This document shows positions 40,339-49,013 of a stretch of DNA of 64,000 nucleotides, piece by piece. Position numbers and translations under genes: made by a program. This stretch comes from Microbacteriaceae bacterium (lineage in GTDB: Bacteria; Actinomycetota; Actinomycetes; Actinomycetales; Microbacteriaceae). The first letter of the stretch is position 1. Each line of letters begins with the position of its first letter. The notes under the pieces were generated by a model. That model searched no databases and was not told the origin of the DNA. It saw only the letters and a program-made list of their open reading frames with translations. The stretch is taken from the NCBI GenBank assembly GCA_043754275.1, contig JAYUVE010000042.1, forward strand, positions 10,124-74,123. Direction: 5' to 3'.

Positions 40339-41007
40339 CTACTTGGCGGCGATCGCCACCGGGAGGTTCTTGCGGGTCGTCAACACCTGGTCGATGAGAC
40401 CGTACTCGACGGCCTCATCCGCGCTCAGGATCTTGTCGCGATCGATGTCCTTGTGCACTTCCTCCGCCGTGCGGTTGGAGTGCAGGGCCAGGGTTTCCTC
40501 GAGCCAGGTGCGCATGCGCTGGATCTCGCGAGCCTGGATCTCGATGTCTGATGCCTGGCTCGCGCCCTCCGAACCACCACTGGGCTGGTGGATGAGGATG
40601 CGGGCGTTCGGCAGCGCGAGACGCTTGCCCTTGGTGCCACCCGCGGTGATCACCGCAGCCGCTGAAGCCGCCTGCCCCAGCACGACCGTCTGGATGTGCG
40701 GGCGGATGTACTGCATCGTGTCGTAGATCGCGGTCATCGCGGTGAAGGATCCGCCGGGTGAGTTGATGTACATCACGATGTCGCGGTCGGGGTCCTGGCT
40801 CTCGAGCACGAGCAGCTGGGCCATCACGTCGTCGGCCGAGGCGTCGTCGATCTGCACGCCGAGGAAGATGATGCGATCCTCGAACAGCTTGGCGTAAGGG
40901 TCCTGGCGCTTGTAGCCGTACGCCGTGCGCTCTTCGAAGGTGGGCAGGATGTAGCGGGATTCGGCAGTCGTGCGTGCGAGGCCTGAGCCCACGTTGAACT
41001 CGTTCAT
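40339..41007 (-). CDS. clpP2: Clp protease proteolytic subunit 2
   Basis: YINSPGGS, QAASAAA, RILIHQP. Confidence 0.93.
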   Translation of the reverse strand: MNEFNVGSGLARTTAESRYILPTFEERTAYGYKRQDPYAKLFEDRIIFLGVQIDDASADDVMAQLLVLESQDPDRDIVMYINSPGGSFTAMTAIYDTMQYIRPHIQTVVLGQAASAAAVITAGGTKGKRLALPNARILIHQPSGGSEGASQASDIEIQAREIQRMRTWLEETLALHSNRTAEEVHKDIDRDKILSADEAVEYGLIDQVLTTRKNLPVAIAAK

Positions 41008-41009
41008 GG

Positions 41010-41630
41010 TCAGTCCTTCTTGCCTGTCGCGTTTTCGTTGGAGACGGCGTCGTTGGTTCCGCCGCCGCCGACGACGTCGGATGCGAACTCGCGGAGGTGG
41101 TCCACGAAGCCGTATTCGAGCGCTTGCTGGGCGGTGAACCAGTTGTCGCGGTCGTTGTCGATGAGGATCTGCTCGACCGACTTGCCAGTCTGCTCGGCGG
41201 TCAGCTCGGCCATCCGCTTCTTCATATCGAGGATGACGCCGGCCTGGGTCTGGATGTCGGCCGACGTTCCACCGAAGCCGCCGGAGGGCTGGTGCAGGAG
41301 GACGCGCGCGTTGGGCGTGATGTACCGCTTGCCCTTCGTGCCCGACGACAACAGGAACTGGCCCATGGATGCCGCGAGCCCGATGCCCACCGTGACGATA
41401 TCGTTCGGCACGAACTTCATGGTGTCGTAGATAGCCATACCCGCCGTGATGGATCCGCCGGGAGAGTTGACGTAGAGGAAGATGTCGCGCTTCGGGTCCT
41501 CTGCCGCGAGCAGCAGGATCTTGGCGCAGATCTCATTGGCGTTTTCGTCGCGCACCTCTGAGCCGAGCCAGATGATGCGGTCCTTGAGGAGTTGGTCGAA
41601 AATGCTCGAGACCAATGCCGGTTGGGCCAT
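41010..41630 (-). CDS. clpP1: Clp protease proteolytic subunit 1
   Basis: [26 protein letters not shown]. Confidence 0.93.
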   Translation of the reverse strand: MAQPALVSSIFDQLLKDRIIWLGSEVRDENANEICAKILLLAAEDPKRDIFLYVNSPGGSITAGMAIYDTMKFVPNDIVTVGIGLAASMGQFLLSSGTKGKRYITPNARVLLHQPSGGFGGTSADIQTQAGVILDMKKRMAELTAEQTGKSVEQILIDNDRDNWFTAQQALEYGFVDHLREFASDVVGGGGTNDAVSNENATGKKD

Positions 41631-41714
41631 GGTTTTGCGCTCCGTCTGTTCTTATCGGTATTGCGTTATCGCTTGGTGACGAATCTATCTGAGCGCGCGA
41701 GAGCATTCGGGCCT

Positions 41715-41730
41715 GTTCGCCGTGGGCAGA
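41715..41730. promoter_or_regulatory. ClgR-binding-site-like element upstream of clpP1P2
   Basis: GTTCGC-N5-GCA resembles the actinobacterial ClgR motif GTTCGC-N5-GCG; TAGATT -10 at 41682-41687 on the minus strand. Confidence 0.6.
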
Positions 41731-41845
41731 GTGGCGCGTCGCTGGGAGCGAGAGCGCGCCCGGTCGAGTAGGGGCGTGCGCACGACTGCGCGGCCGCCGC
41801 TCGTGCCGCGGAGCTCGCCCGGGCTTCCTAGGCGTTAACGCAGAA

Positions 41846-41865
41846 CGGCCGCCCGAAGGCGGCCG
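41846..41865 (-). terminator. tig terminator hairpin
   Basis: CGGCCGCC-TTCG-GGCGGCCG on the minus strand. Confidence 0.7.
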
Positions 41866-41880
41866 CTGCGACACCGACTA

Positions 41881-43314
41881 TCAGCTGTGGTCGTGGCCGT
41901 AGTGCTCGTGGTTGACCTTGCGACCGTGCATATCCTTGCCCGCGCCAGCCGACGCGTGATCGTGCCCCTCGTGGTCGTCGTTCGCGCCCTGCAGCGCGGC
42001 AGTCATGTCGGAGACGTCGAACTCGTCGTCGGCACCCTTCGCGGTGGCCGTGAAGGCCGACACGTCGACGGGGTTGCCCTTCGAGTCGACGACCTTGGCC
42101 TTGTCGAGCACAACGGCGAGTGCCTTCGCGCGACCGACTTCGGCGATCATCCCGGGGATCTGGCCGTTCTTGTCGAGGATTTGGATGAACTCGCCCGGCT
42201 CCATGCCGTACTGGGCTGCGGCCTGCACGAGGTAGTTGGTGAGCTCGTTCTGGCTGACCTTCACCTCTTCCTTCTCGACGATCGTGTCGAGCAGGATCTG
42301 CGAGCGGAATGTCTTCTCGCTCGAGATCTCGACCTCCGCGCGGTGCGCGGTGTCGTCGAGGCGGTTCTCGTTCTCGAGGTGACGGTGCACCTCGTCTTCG
42401 ACGAGCTTGGCGGGAACCGGGATCTCCACCTTCTTCAGCAGCTCGTCGACGATCTGGTCGCGTGCCTGGGCACCTTGGCCAAAGCTCTTGGATCGGGCGA
42501 CCTGCTCCTTGATGTCGGCCTTGAGTTCTTTGATGGTGTCGAACTGGCTGGCAATCTGGGCGAAGTCGTCGTCGGCCTCGGGCAGTTCGCGCTCCTTGAC
42601 GGCGAGCAACGTCACCGAGATGAGGGCGACCTCACCTTCGTGGTCGCCGCCAAGCAGGGTGGACTCGAAGGTCGTGGACTCGTCGGCGCTCAGTCCGTCA
42701 AGGGCCTCGTCGATGCCCTCGATGAGCTCACCCGAGCCGACCTCGTAAGAGATGCTCGTCGCCGAATCGACCTCGTCGTCGCCGATCTTCGCGACCAGGT
42801 CAAGCTGGGCGAAGTCGCCGGTCTTGGCGGGGCGGTCGACGGTGACGAGGGTGCCGAAACGGCTGCGCAGGGCATCCAACTCGTCCTTCACGTCGTCCGC
42901 AGACACCTCGACGGCGTCAACGGTCAGCTTGAGACCGTCATAGTTCGGGAGTGTGAACTCGGGGCGCACGTCGACCTCGACGGTCAACTCGAGGTCGCCG
43001 CTGAAGTCTTTGACGTCAGGCAGCGTAACGATGTCGGCCTCCGGCCGGCCCAAGACGCGAATCTTCTCTTCGGTGACGGCCTGGCGGTAGAACTTGTCGA
43101 GGCCGTCGTTGACGGCGTGGCTAAGCACCTCGGCGCGACCGACCCGCTGGTCGATCAGCTGCGGCGGAATCTTGCCCTTGCGGAAGCCCGGGATGTTGAC
43201 CTGCGAGCCGATGTGCTCATAAGCGTGCGCGATGCTGGGCTTCAACTCGTCTGGGGTGACAGAGATGTTGAGCTTGACGCGGGTGGGGCTCAGCTTCTCA
43301 ACGGTGGTCTTCAC
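41881..43314 (-). CDS. tig: Trigger factor
   Basis: IPGFRKGK signature, FKBP-like domain; AAGGAG before GTG. Confidence 0.96.
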   Translation of the reverse strand: MKTTVEKLSPTRVKLNISVTPDELKPSIAHAYEHIGSQVNIPGFRKGKIPPQLIDQRVGRAEVLSHAVNDGLDKFYRQAVTEEKIRVLGRPEADIVTLPDVKDFSGDLELTVEVDVRPEFTLPNYDGLKLTVDAVEVSADDVKDELDALRSRFGTLVTVDRPAKTGDFAQLDLVAKIGDDEVDSATSISYEVGSGELIEGIDEALDGLSADESTTFESTLLGGDHEGEVALISVTLLAVKERELPEADDDFAQIASQFDTIKELKADIKEQVARSKSFGQGAQARDQIVDELLKKVEIPVPAKLVEDEVHRHLENENRLDDTAHRAEVEISSEKTFRSQILLDTIVEKEEVKVSQNELTNYLVQAAAQYGMEPGEFIQILDKNGQIPGMIAEVGRAKALAVVLDKAKVVDSKGNPVDVSAFTATAKGADDEFDVSDMTAALQGANDDHEGHDHASAGAGKDMHGRKVNHEHYGHDHS

Positions 43315-43342
43315 GTTGTGGTTCTCCTTGTTGTGTGTGCTG

Positions 43343-43416
43343 TCGGGGCGACAGGATTCGAACCTGCGGCCTCTCGGTCCCAAACCGAGCGCTCTACCAA
43401 GCTGAGCTACGCCCCG
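43343..43416 (-). tRNA. tRNA-Pro(TGG)
   Basis: CGGGGCG acceptor stem, anticodon arm CTCGG-TTTGGGA-CCGAG, GGTTCGAATCC T-arm. Confidence 0.96.
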
Positions 43417-43504
43417 GGCGAAAACGGCCCAAGCGCGTGAGCGCCCGCCAAAATGGCCTCGGCAAGTCTAGCTGACAACAACTGCGCCGCGGCCGGGGGT
43501 ATTC

Positions 43505-43543
43505 CTCGGTGGACGTAGGGCATTGTGCCCTACGTCCACCGAG
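43505..43543. repeat. Perfect 18-bp-stem palindrome (terminator or REP-like)
   Basis: CTCGGTGGACGTAGGGCA-TTG-TGCCCTACGTCCACCGAG. Confidence 0.75.
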
Positions 43544-43601
43544 ACAAGCACGACGCACCCGGCCCGCTTGCCCGAATATCAGCTCGCCTCAAAAAGCCCG
43601 C

Positions 43602-45485
43602 TCAGCCCTCAGCGAGAACGATGATCTTGTCGCCCGGCTGGTAGCTGCGACGCTCGGTCTTCTTCGGGTTGACCGTGACGCCGTAGCTGCGCTCGGCCTT
43701 GCGCGCGTCTGCAATAACCCGGAAACCGAGGGCGGTCTCCCCGCGACGACGGGCAGCCTCGAGCACCGTGTAGAAGTCCACTTCGGCGCCGGGAGTGAGG
43801 TACTGCTCGACGGGGTTGAGGTAGACCTCGCTGCCCACGCTCGAGAAGAGATCGTCGAACACGTGGGTGAGCTGCTTGTTCTCTGACACCTGCGACAGCA
43901 TCAAACTGATGAGTTTGTCGCTGACGATGAAGTCGTCGGCGTTGGTGACTTCGGCGAGTTCGCGGTTTCGGTCGTCGAGCATCTCGCTGACGATGTTGAG
44001 ATCCACCCCGGCCTGATCCTCGATGTCGCGCAACTGGAGCAGCGTGATGAGGGTCTTGCCGTCGGCACGCTGGGTATCCAGCGTGTCCTTGTAGGCCAGC
44101 ACGATGATGTGGTCGAAGTTGTGCACGTCGAGGGTTTCGAGAACCTTGCGGGCGGTGGCATCCCCGCGCTGGAAGGTGATCGTGATGTTGGCGTACTTGG
44201 CGAAGTCGGGCTTGTCGACATCGGCGAGCACCGTCACCGATGAGCCGGGGGCGACGTATTCGTCGAGCTCCCTGAGCATGCGCTCCAGCCCGTGGTTGTA
44301 GCCGAGCACCAGGGTGCGCTCCGGCTTGGCCTTGGTGGCCTTCGCGGTGCTGATGGCCGTGGCATCCACGACTCCTGCCGACGCGAGCTTGATGGTGCTG
44401 TCGTCTTCAGCGATCAGGATGAGCTGGTCGCCGACCTCGTAGAGCGCCGTGTCGGTCGGGTTGAGTTCGACCGCGCCGCCCTTGACCAGGCCCATGACCG
44501 TCGAATCGACAAAGGCGAGCTGGGTCTCGAAGTAGGTCTTGCCATACAGGGAGGGCTGCTCGGAGAAATAGATCTCGTCGCCTTCGAAGTCGAGCAGTTC
44601 TGAGTACACCGCGCTCAGGCCGCTCTGGCGGCAGCTCTGCACGGTGATGCGGCCGATGAGATCGCCGCCGAGCACCCAGTGCGCCTCATCCTTGCCGACC
44701 AGGTTCGCCGCCTCGAGGTTGGACTCATTCTCGATCTCACCGACGATGTGGTACTGGCCGACCTTGCGGTTCGGGTTGTTGGTCAGGGCGAGCGTGGTTT
44801 TGATGACGTCGGAGTCCGCGTCGGGGCTGCCCTCCGGCGCGAGAATGACAATGCTCCGCGCGGTCTGCGGGCTGCTCAGCTCGAGGTCGGTGAGGTTCAT
44901 CGGGTCTCCGCTGCGCACGATGATCTTCGTCTTGCCGGTTCGGCCTACCTGGGAATGGATGGCGTCTTCCATCTCCACCTTGTCGCCAGACGCCAACACG
45001 ACGATGGCCGACTTGCCCCGCGACTCGTTGGCGATCACGATCTCGCTGATGATGGGGAACACCTTGGTGCTCCAGCCGAGGATGAGCGTGTGGTCATTCT
45101 CGAGCACCTTGGAGCGGCCTTTGCGCAGCTCTTCGATCCGTGAGTCGAATGCCCCAGAGATGATGCCGATGAGCGCAGCAACGATGATCAGGCCGCCAAC
45201 GGTGATGGTGAGCATCAGCAGCCGGAACAGCCAACCCGTGTCTCCGCCCATGGTGCCCGGGTCGAGTGTGCGCATGAGGTTGCCCCAGAGCGTGTCCAGG
45301 GGGTTCGTCTTCGGGTCGTCATTCGGGTAGACCCCGAAGAGCGTCGCGACCTGCACTATGGCGAACACGATGAGCACGAGCACCACTGTGGCGATGCCCA
45401 GCAAGCCGATGAGGGCTACGGCACCCTTCGCCATCCAGTTGTCGAACCAGTAGCGGAAGCGCTCGCCGAATGTGGGCTTGTTCAT
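43602..45485 (-). CDS. CASTOR/POLLUX-like ion channel (TM plus two RCK domains)
   Basis: TLDPGTMGGD pore-like segment, HTLILGWS, two RCK-like repeats, ADDFIVSD. Confidence 0.8.
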   Translation of the reverse strand: MNKPTFGERFRYWFDNWMAKGAVALIGLLGIATVVLVLIVFAIVQVATLFGVYPNDDPKTNPLDTLWGNLMRTLDPGTMGGDTGWLFRLLMLTITVGGLIIVAALIGIISGAFDSRIEELRKGRSKVLENDHTLILGWSTKVFPIISEIVIANESRGKSAIVVLASGDKVEMEDAIHSQVGRTGKTKIIVRSGDPMNLTDLELSSPQTARSIVILAPEGSPDADSDVIKTTLALTNNPNRKVGQYHIVGEIENESNLEAANLVGKDEAHWVLGGDLIGRITVQSCRQSGLSAVYSELLDFEGDEIYFSEQPSLYGKTYFETQLAFVDSTVMGLVKGGAVELNPTDTALYEVGDQLILIAEDDSTIKLASAGVVDATAISTAKATKAKPERTLVLGYNHGLERMLRELDEYVAPGSSVTVLADVDKPDFAKYANITITFQRGDATARKVLETLDVHNFDHIIVLAYKDTLDTQRADGKTLITLLQLRDIEDQAGVDLNIVSEMLDDRNRELAEVTNADDFIVSDKLISLMLSQVSENKQLTHVFDDLFSSVGSEVYLNPVEQYLTPGAEVDFYTVLEAARRRGETALGFRVIADARKAERSYGVTVNPKKTERRSYQPGDKIIVLAEG

Positions 45486-45654
45486 GGAATGGTCCTTCGG
45501 ATGCTGCCGCAGGTCGTGCGCCCGCGGTGTCTGCACAAGAGTGGCATAAGCGCACCCTTCGCAGCTACGCCCGGGATGCCCCGCTGCGCGGCCCAGTCAC
45601 GCGCCAGTCGGGTACAGTATTCCTCGGTAGTCGGGCGCTTGGCGCGCGGCCCCC

Positions 45655-45725
45655 GGGGATGTAGCTCAATGGTAGAGCCTCAGTCTTCCAAACTGATCAC
45701 GCGAGTTCGATTCTCGTCATCCCCT
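45655..45725 (+). tRNA. tRNA-Gly(TCC)
   Basis: GGGGATG/CATCCCC acceptor stem, TCAGT-CTTCCAA-ACTGA anticodon arm, GTTCGATTC T-loop. Confidence 0.96.
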
Positions 45726-45726
45726 C

Positions 45727-45776
45727 GAATGAGTTGAGCGCCGGCCCGGCATTTCGGGTCGGCGCTCAACTCATTC
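45727..45776 (+). terminator. Long hairpin after tRNA-Gly
   Basis: GAATGAGTTGAGCGCCGGCCCG...CGGGTCGGCGCTCAACTCATTC. Confidence 0.7.
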
Positions 45777-45794
45777 ATCTGTGGTGCAGGAATC

Positions 45795-45882
45795 GAATGG
45801 GCCCCCGCTGAGCAGACAGCCGCATTGCGCACTCGCACAACGAAGGACATTCGCGTGGCCGCGCAATGTGGATGCGGCTCAG
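45795..45882 (+). repeat. Palindromic unit, copy 1 (interrupted by IS110, continues at 47339-47355)
   Basis: Aligns to 48805-48909 with 6 mismatches over 105 bp once the IS is removed. Confidence 0.9.
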
Positions 45883-45995
45883 ACCATATGAGGGTGGCGG
45901 GGTTTGGGTCTTGTGGGACCAGGGCCCCGCGATGCAGATTCGTGGATCATCCCCGGGAGTTGGCCCGGTGATGCCGACATGCATTGGAGGCCCTG

Positions 45996-47048
45996 GTGTT
46001 CAACGAGCGTACGGCGATTGGTTTGGACGTGCACGCGCGGTCGGTGCGCGCGGCTGCTGTGGATACGGTCACGGGAGAGCGGCAGGTCCAGGCCCGGAGC
46101 GGGCCGGTCCATGTGGCCTATGAGGCGGGTCCGACGGGCTTCGGGTTAGCGAGGAAGCTCGAGGTCGCAGGGATCGGTTGCACTGTCGCAGCGCCCTCGA
46201 AGATACTTCGGCCGGTTGGGGATCGGGTGAAGACGGATGCGCGCGACGCGATCCTTTTGGCGAGGTTGCTGCGGATGGAAGAGCTGGTTGCGGTGCGGGT
46301 GCCGACCGAGGTTGAGGAGGCGGCGCGAGATCTGGTGCGCGCACGCGACGATGCTCGCACTGACCTGATGGCTGCACGGCACCGGCTATCGAAGCTGCTG
46401 TTGCGTCGCGAGCTTGTCTTTGGCGGGACGGACACGTGGGGTCGAACGCATGATGTCTGGCTGCGGCAGGTTCGGCGAGAAGGTTTGGATGAGGCTGGGA
46501 CCGGCACGATGGCCGCGTTCGACGCCGGCTACGACACCGTCGCGCATATCCTCGCCCGCAAGAACCGACTCGACCAACAGATCACGGCGATGGCTGCAGA
46601 TTCCTCGTTCACCGATGTCACCACCAGGCTGGGCTGTTTGAGGGGAATCTCAACTCTGACCGGGTTTGCTCTGGCCGTCGAGATCGGCGATTGGCACCGG
46701 TTCACCGGAGCGAGCATCGCCGCCTATCTGGGCTTGGTGCCGTCGGAGCATTCATCTGGTGGATCCCGGAGTTTGGGGCCGATCACCAAGACCGGGAACA
46801 GTCACGCTCGCCGGCTGCTGATTGAGTCGGCGTGGTATCACAAGCTCGATTACACACCCGGCAAGACGATGAAAGACCGGTGGGCGAAAGCTCCCGCCAC
46901 AGCTGCCGCGCGCGGTGACGCCGGCAACCGCCGCCTGCACCACCGGTGGATGGTTTTCGATGCGAAACACAAGAAGCACACTGTCGCGAACACTGCGATC
47001 GCCCGCGAGCTCGCGGGTTGGTGCTGGTCCCTGGCCACTATGGACTGA
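45996..47048 (+). CDS. IS110-family DEDD recombinase/transposase
   Basis: GLDVH, YEAG, KTDARDA (DEDD), GLVPSEHSSG catalytic Ser, KTGN; GGAGG before GTG. Confidence 0.93.
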   Translation: MFNERTAIGLDVHARSVRAAAVDTVTGERQVQARSGPVHVAYEAGPTGFGLARKLEVAGIGCTVAAPSKILRPVGDRVKTDARDAILLARLLRMEELVAVRVPTEVEEAARDLVRARDDARTDLMAARHRLSKLLLRRELVFGGTDTWGRTHDVWLRQVRREGLDEAGTGTMAAFDAGYDTVAHILARKNRLDQQITAMAADSSFTDVTTRLGCLRGISTLTGFALAVEIGDWHRFTGASIAAYLGLVPSEHSSGGSRSLGPITKTGNSHARRLLIESAWYHKLDYTPGKTMKDRWAKAPATAAARGDAGNRRLHHRWMVFDAKHKKHTVANTAIARELAGWCWSLATMD

Positions 47049-47084
47049 ACCCAGAACTCGTTCGTTCCCGGCCAGTGCCGGAAC

Positions 47085-47240
47085 GCATGCAGCGTGAAGA
47101 GCGCACCAGCGGTCCTACTGTGAGCAACTGTCTCGGCAGCCACGCTCGACCTCAGACAAGCTCGGATGCTCTCGCCGAATAAGGCCATGCGGTAATCAAC
47201 CCGCGGATATCAGACTGACCACGCGTCGAAAGACACGCCG
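47085..47240 (+). ncRNA. Putative bridge/seek RNA
   Basis: Two internal loops with segments matching the target (CCTACTG, CTCAG) and donor junction (ATATCAGAC); boundaries approximate. Confidence 0.7.
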
Positions 47241-47700
47241 CACACCAGCCCAGCCCCGAACGAACGAAGAAGCGCCGCCGAGCAGCCAGCCCGGCGGCGC
47301 TTCACCCTGCCACTTGACAGACAACCCACACATATCAGTAGGGGATCTCGTCATCCCCCGCAGGGCTCTACCCGGCCAGCCACGTTTCTCGGGGCGTTTC
47401 ACACGGAGGGACGGCACAGTCGTCGCCGCGCCTCCAGGAAGCCCCAACTCCTTGCGGACGCTCTGCCGAAGGCTCAGAAGCAGCGCGTCGAGCTACGCGC
47501 TCCAGATACGTGGCCGTCTGCGTCATGCAGACAAACCGCTACTTGCGCTTCAGGTGCCGCGCACCGTGCGGAAGAACCTGGACAATGGATTCCGAATCAG
47601 CCGCAAAGATTCCAGCATCGAGATTGATGCCGTGATGGCCAAAGTGCTCGGTGCCTACGTGGCCGAGACCGCCAAGGCTGAGACCGTGCAGTTTTTTAGC

Positions 47701-48483
47701 TCACTTCGACGGGGTGATAGCGATGTCAGCCGAAACTTCGTTGAACGCGCTGTCGTGACCGACCAGGTGAAGGGTTCCGCCGAAGACCGCGCCGTCGAAC
47801 GCGATCAGGAAATTCGCAAGACTTCCTGCTTGAAGACTGTTCGGTCCAGACACTCCTGAAGAACTGGCTTGACGCCCGTCAGGAGCTAGGTAGCTGCTTC
47901 CGTATCCCAGCGTCAATCCATCGACGTTTGACTTCACTTCCAAGACCACATTCACTGATCCAGAAATCGTGCGATATGCAGCGATCAACCTGACCGAGGC
48001 CGCGTCACCGAGGGCAATCGGATCGTTGCTACCCAACACAATTCGTCCGGCGAGCGGAGTTCCTCCGGCATCAAAGTCGGACAGCCTGCCGTCTACATAT
48101 TCGAGGTTCGTGAAGTCACTGCACGTCTTTTCTTGGGACAAAGCGTCCGTGTAACACACCGAAAATCCGTCGGCGGTGGTGGTGATTTTCGACCCATCAA
48201 ACGGATAGCCCCCGTCGATGCTTGCCTGAGCAGCTCCAGCCTGCTCGATCGCATACGCGTAGGCATTGGAGCCCGGTGCGGCGAGTCGACCCGCAACATC
48301 GAGCAGTGCCTGAGGGTCCACGGCAGCCACGGCAGAGAAGTACTCCGCCAAGTCCTGATTCGACGGTGCAGCAGGGGTTACTACTGGAGCTGGCGCGGCA
48401 GTACCGGCTGGGGTAGCAAGTCCCGTGCAGCCGGTCAGAGCTGTTGCAGCAATAGCGAGAGCGAGCAAGTAGCGAATGCGCAT
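47701..48483 (-). CDS. Hypothetical lipoprotein (island cargo)
   Basis: LTGC lipobox, PA-rich linker, Cys pair, atypical codon usage. Confidence 0.75.
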   Translation of the reverse strand: MRIRYLLALAIAATALTGCTGLATPAGTAAPAPVVTPAAPSNQDLAEYFSAVAAVDPQALLDVAGRLAAPGSNAYAYAIEQAGAAQASIDGGYPFDGSKITTTADGFSVCYTDALSQEKTCSDFTNLEYVDGRLSDFDAGGTPLAGRIVLGSNDPIALGDAASVRLIAAYRTISGSVNVVLEVKSNVDGLTLGYGSSYLAPDGRQASSSGVSGPNSLQAGSLANFLIAFDGAVFGGTLHLVGHDSAFNEVSADIAITPSK

Positions 48484-48754
48484 GAAACTCCGTCGGGTTC
48501 AGGTTTGTGCTCAACCTATCAACTGTTGGGCAGGTCTCCCGAACTGATTTCGGCGGGCGCACTTGGGGCGCTGCGGTCGGTCGAGACCGTAGAAGTTATC
48601 GCTAGCCTCGCTCAATAGCGCTCAGTTGTGCGCCCTCCGCGTGCCCCTCACGACGCTCAACTAGGGCACGGACCGCCAAGCGCGGCTCAAACCTGTGAGC
48701 CGAGAATCAGGATTTTGGCGGGTTCTCTGCCCTACAAGATGGGGGGTCGATCGA

Positions 48755-48796
48755 TCTTCCAAACTGATCACACGAGTTCGATTCTCGTCATCCCCT
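48755..48796 (+). repeat. attR-like tRNA-Gly 3' half
   Basis: TCTTCCAAACTGATCAC(A)CGAGTTCGATTCTCGTCATCCCCT, starting at the anticodon loop. Confidence 0.9.
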
Positions 48797-48804
48797 CCGA
48801 ACAA

Positions 48805-48909
48805 GAATGGGCTCCCGCTGAGTAGTCAGCCGCATTGCGCACTCGCACAACGAGGGACATTCGCGTGACCGCGCAATGTGGATGCAGCTCAGTAGGGGAT
48901 CTCGTCATC
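48805..48909 (+). repeat. Palindromic unit, copy 2 (empty IS target)
   Basis: CTGAG..CCGCATTGCGC...GCGCAATGTGG..CTCAG-TAGGGGATCTCGTCATC. Confidence 0.9.
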
Positions 48910-49013
48910 GTCGAGCTCACCGCCAACTCGGCGCGCACCATGCCCCGACGCCAGCCACGCGGGGCGATATCGTCGAGTGACTCATCCACCTCGGCCAGAT
49001 TTGGGGACCCCGC

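Larger units (their letters stand above)
45883..47338 (+). mobile_element. IS110-family (IS1111-like) insertion sequence
   Basis: Ends defined by the empty site at 48889-48892; TCAG at both junctions; short subterminal IR ATATG/CATAT; long downstream non-coding end. Confidence 0.9.
45726..48796. mobile_element. Integrase-less island at tRNA-Gly
   Basis: 42-bp tRNA 3' half (45684-45725) repeated at 48755-48796 with one mismatch; cargo is visibly more AT-rich. Confidence 0.75.

Noticed and set aside
40339-41630. clpP duplication as a novelty
   Set aside because: Tandem clpP1-clpP2 is standard in Actinobacteria.
47314-47345. Circle-junction promoter from TTGACA at the IS right end
   Set aside because: The -35 is perfect, but no convincing -10 forms at 16-18 bp in either the circular or integrated state.
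47314-47859. 181-aa ORF as an island integrase
   Set aside because: It spans the IS end and the antisense lipoprotein, with no tyrosine or serine recombinase motifs.
48755-48796. Second tRNA-Gly gene
   Set aside because: Only the 3' half is present; the acceptor 5' strand and D-arm are missing.
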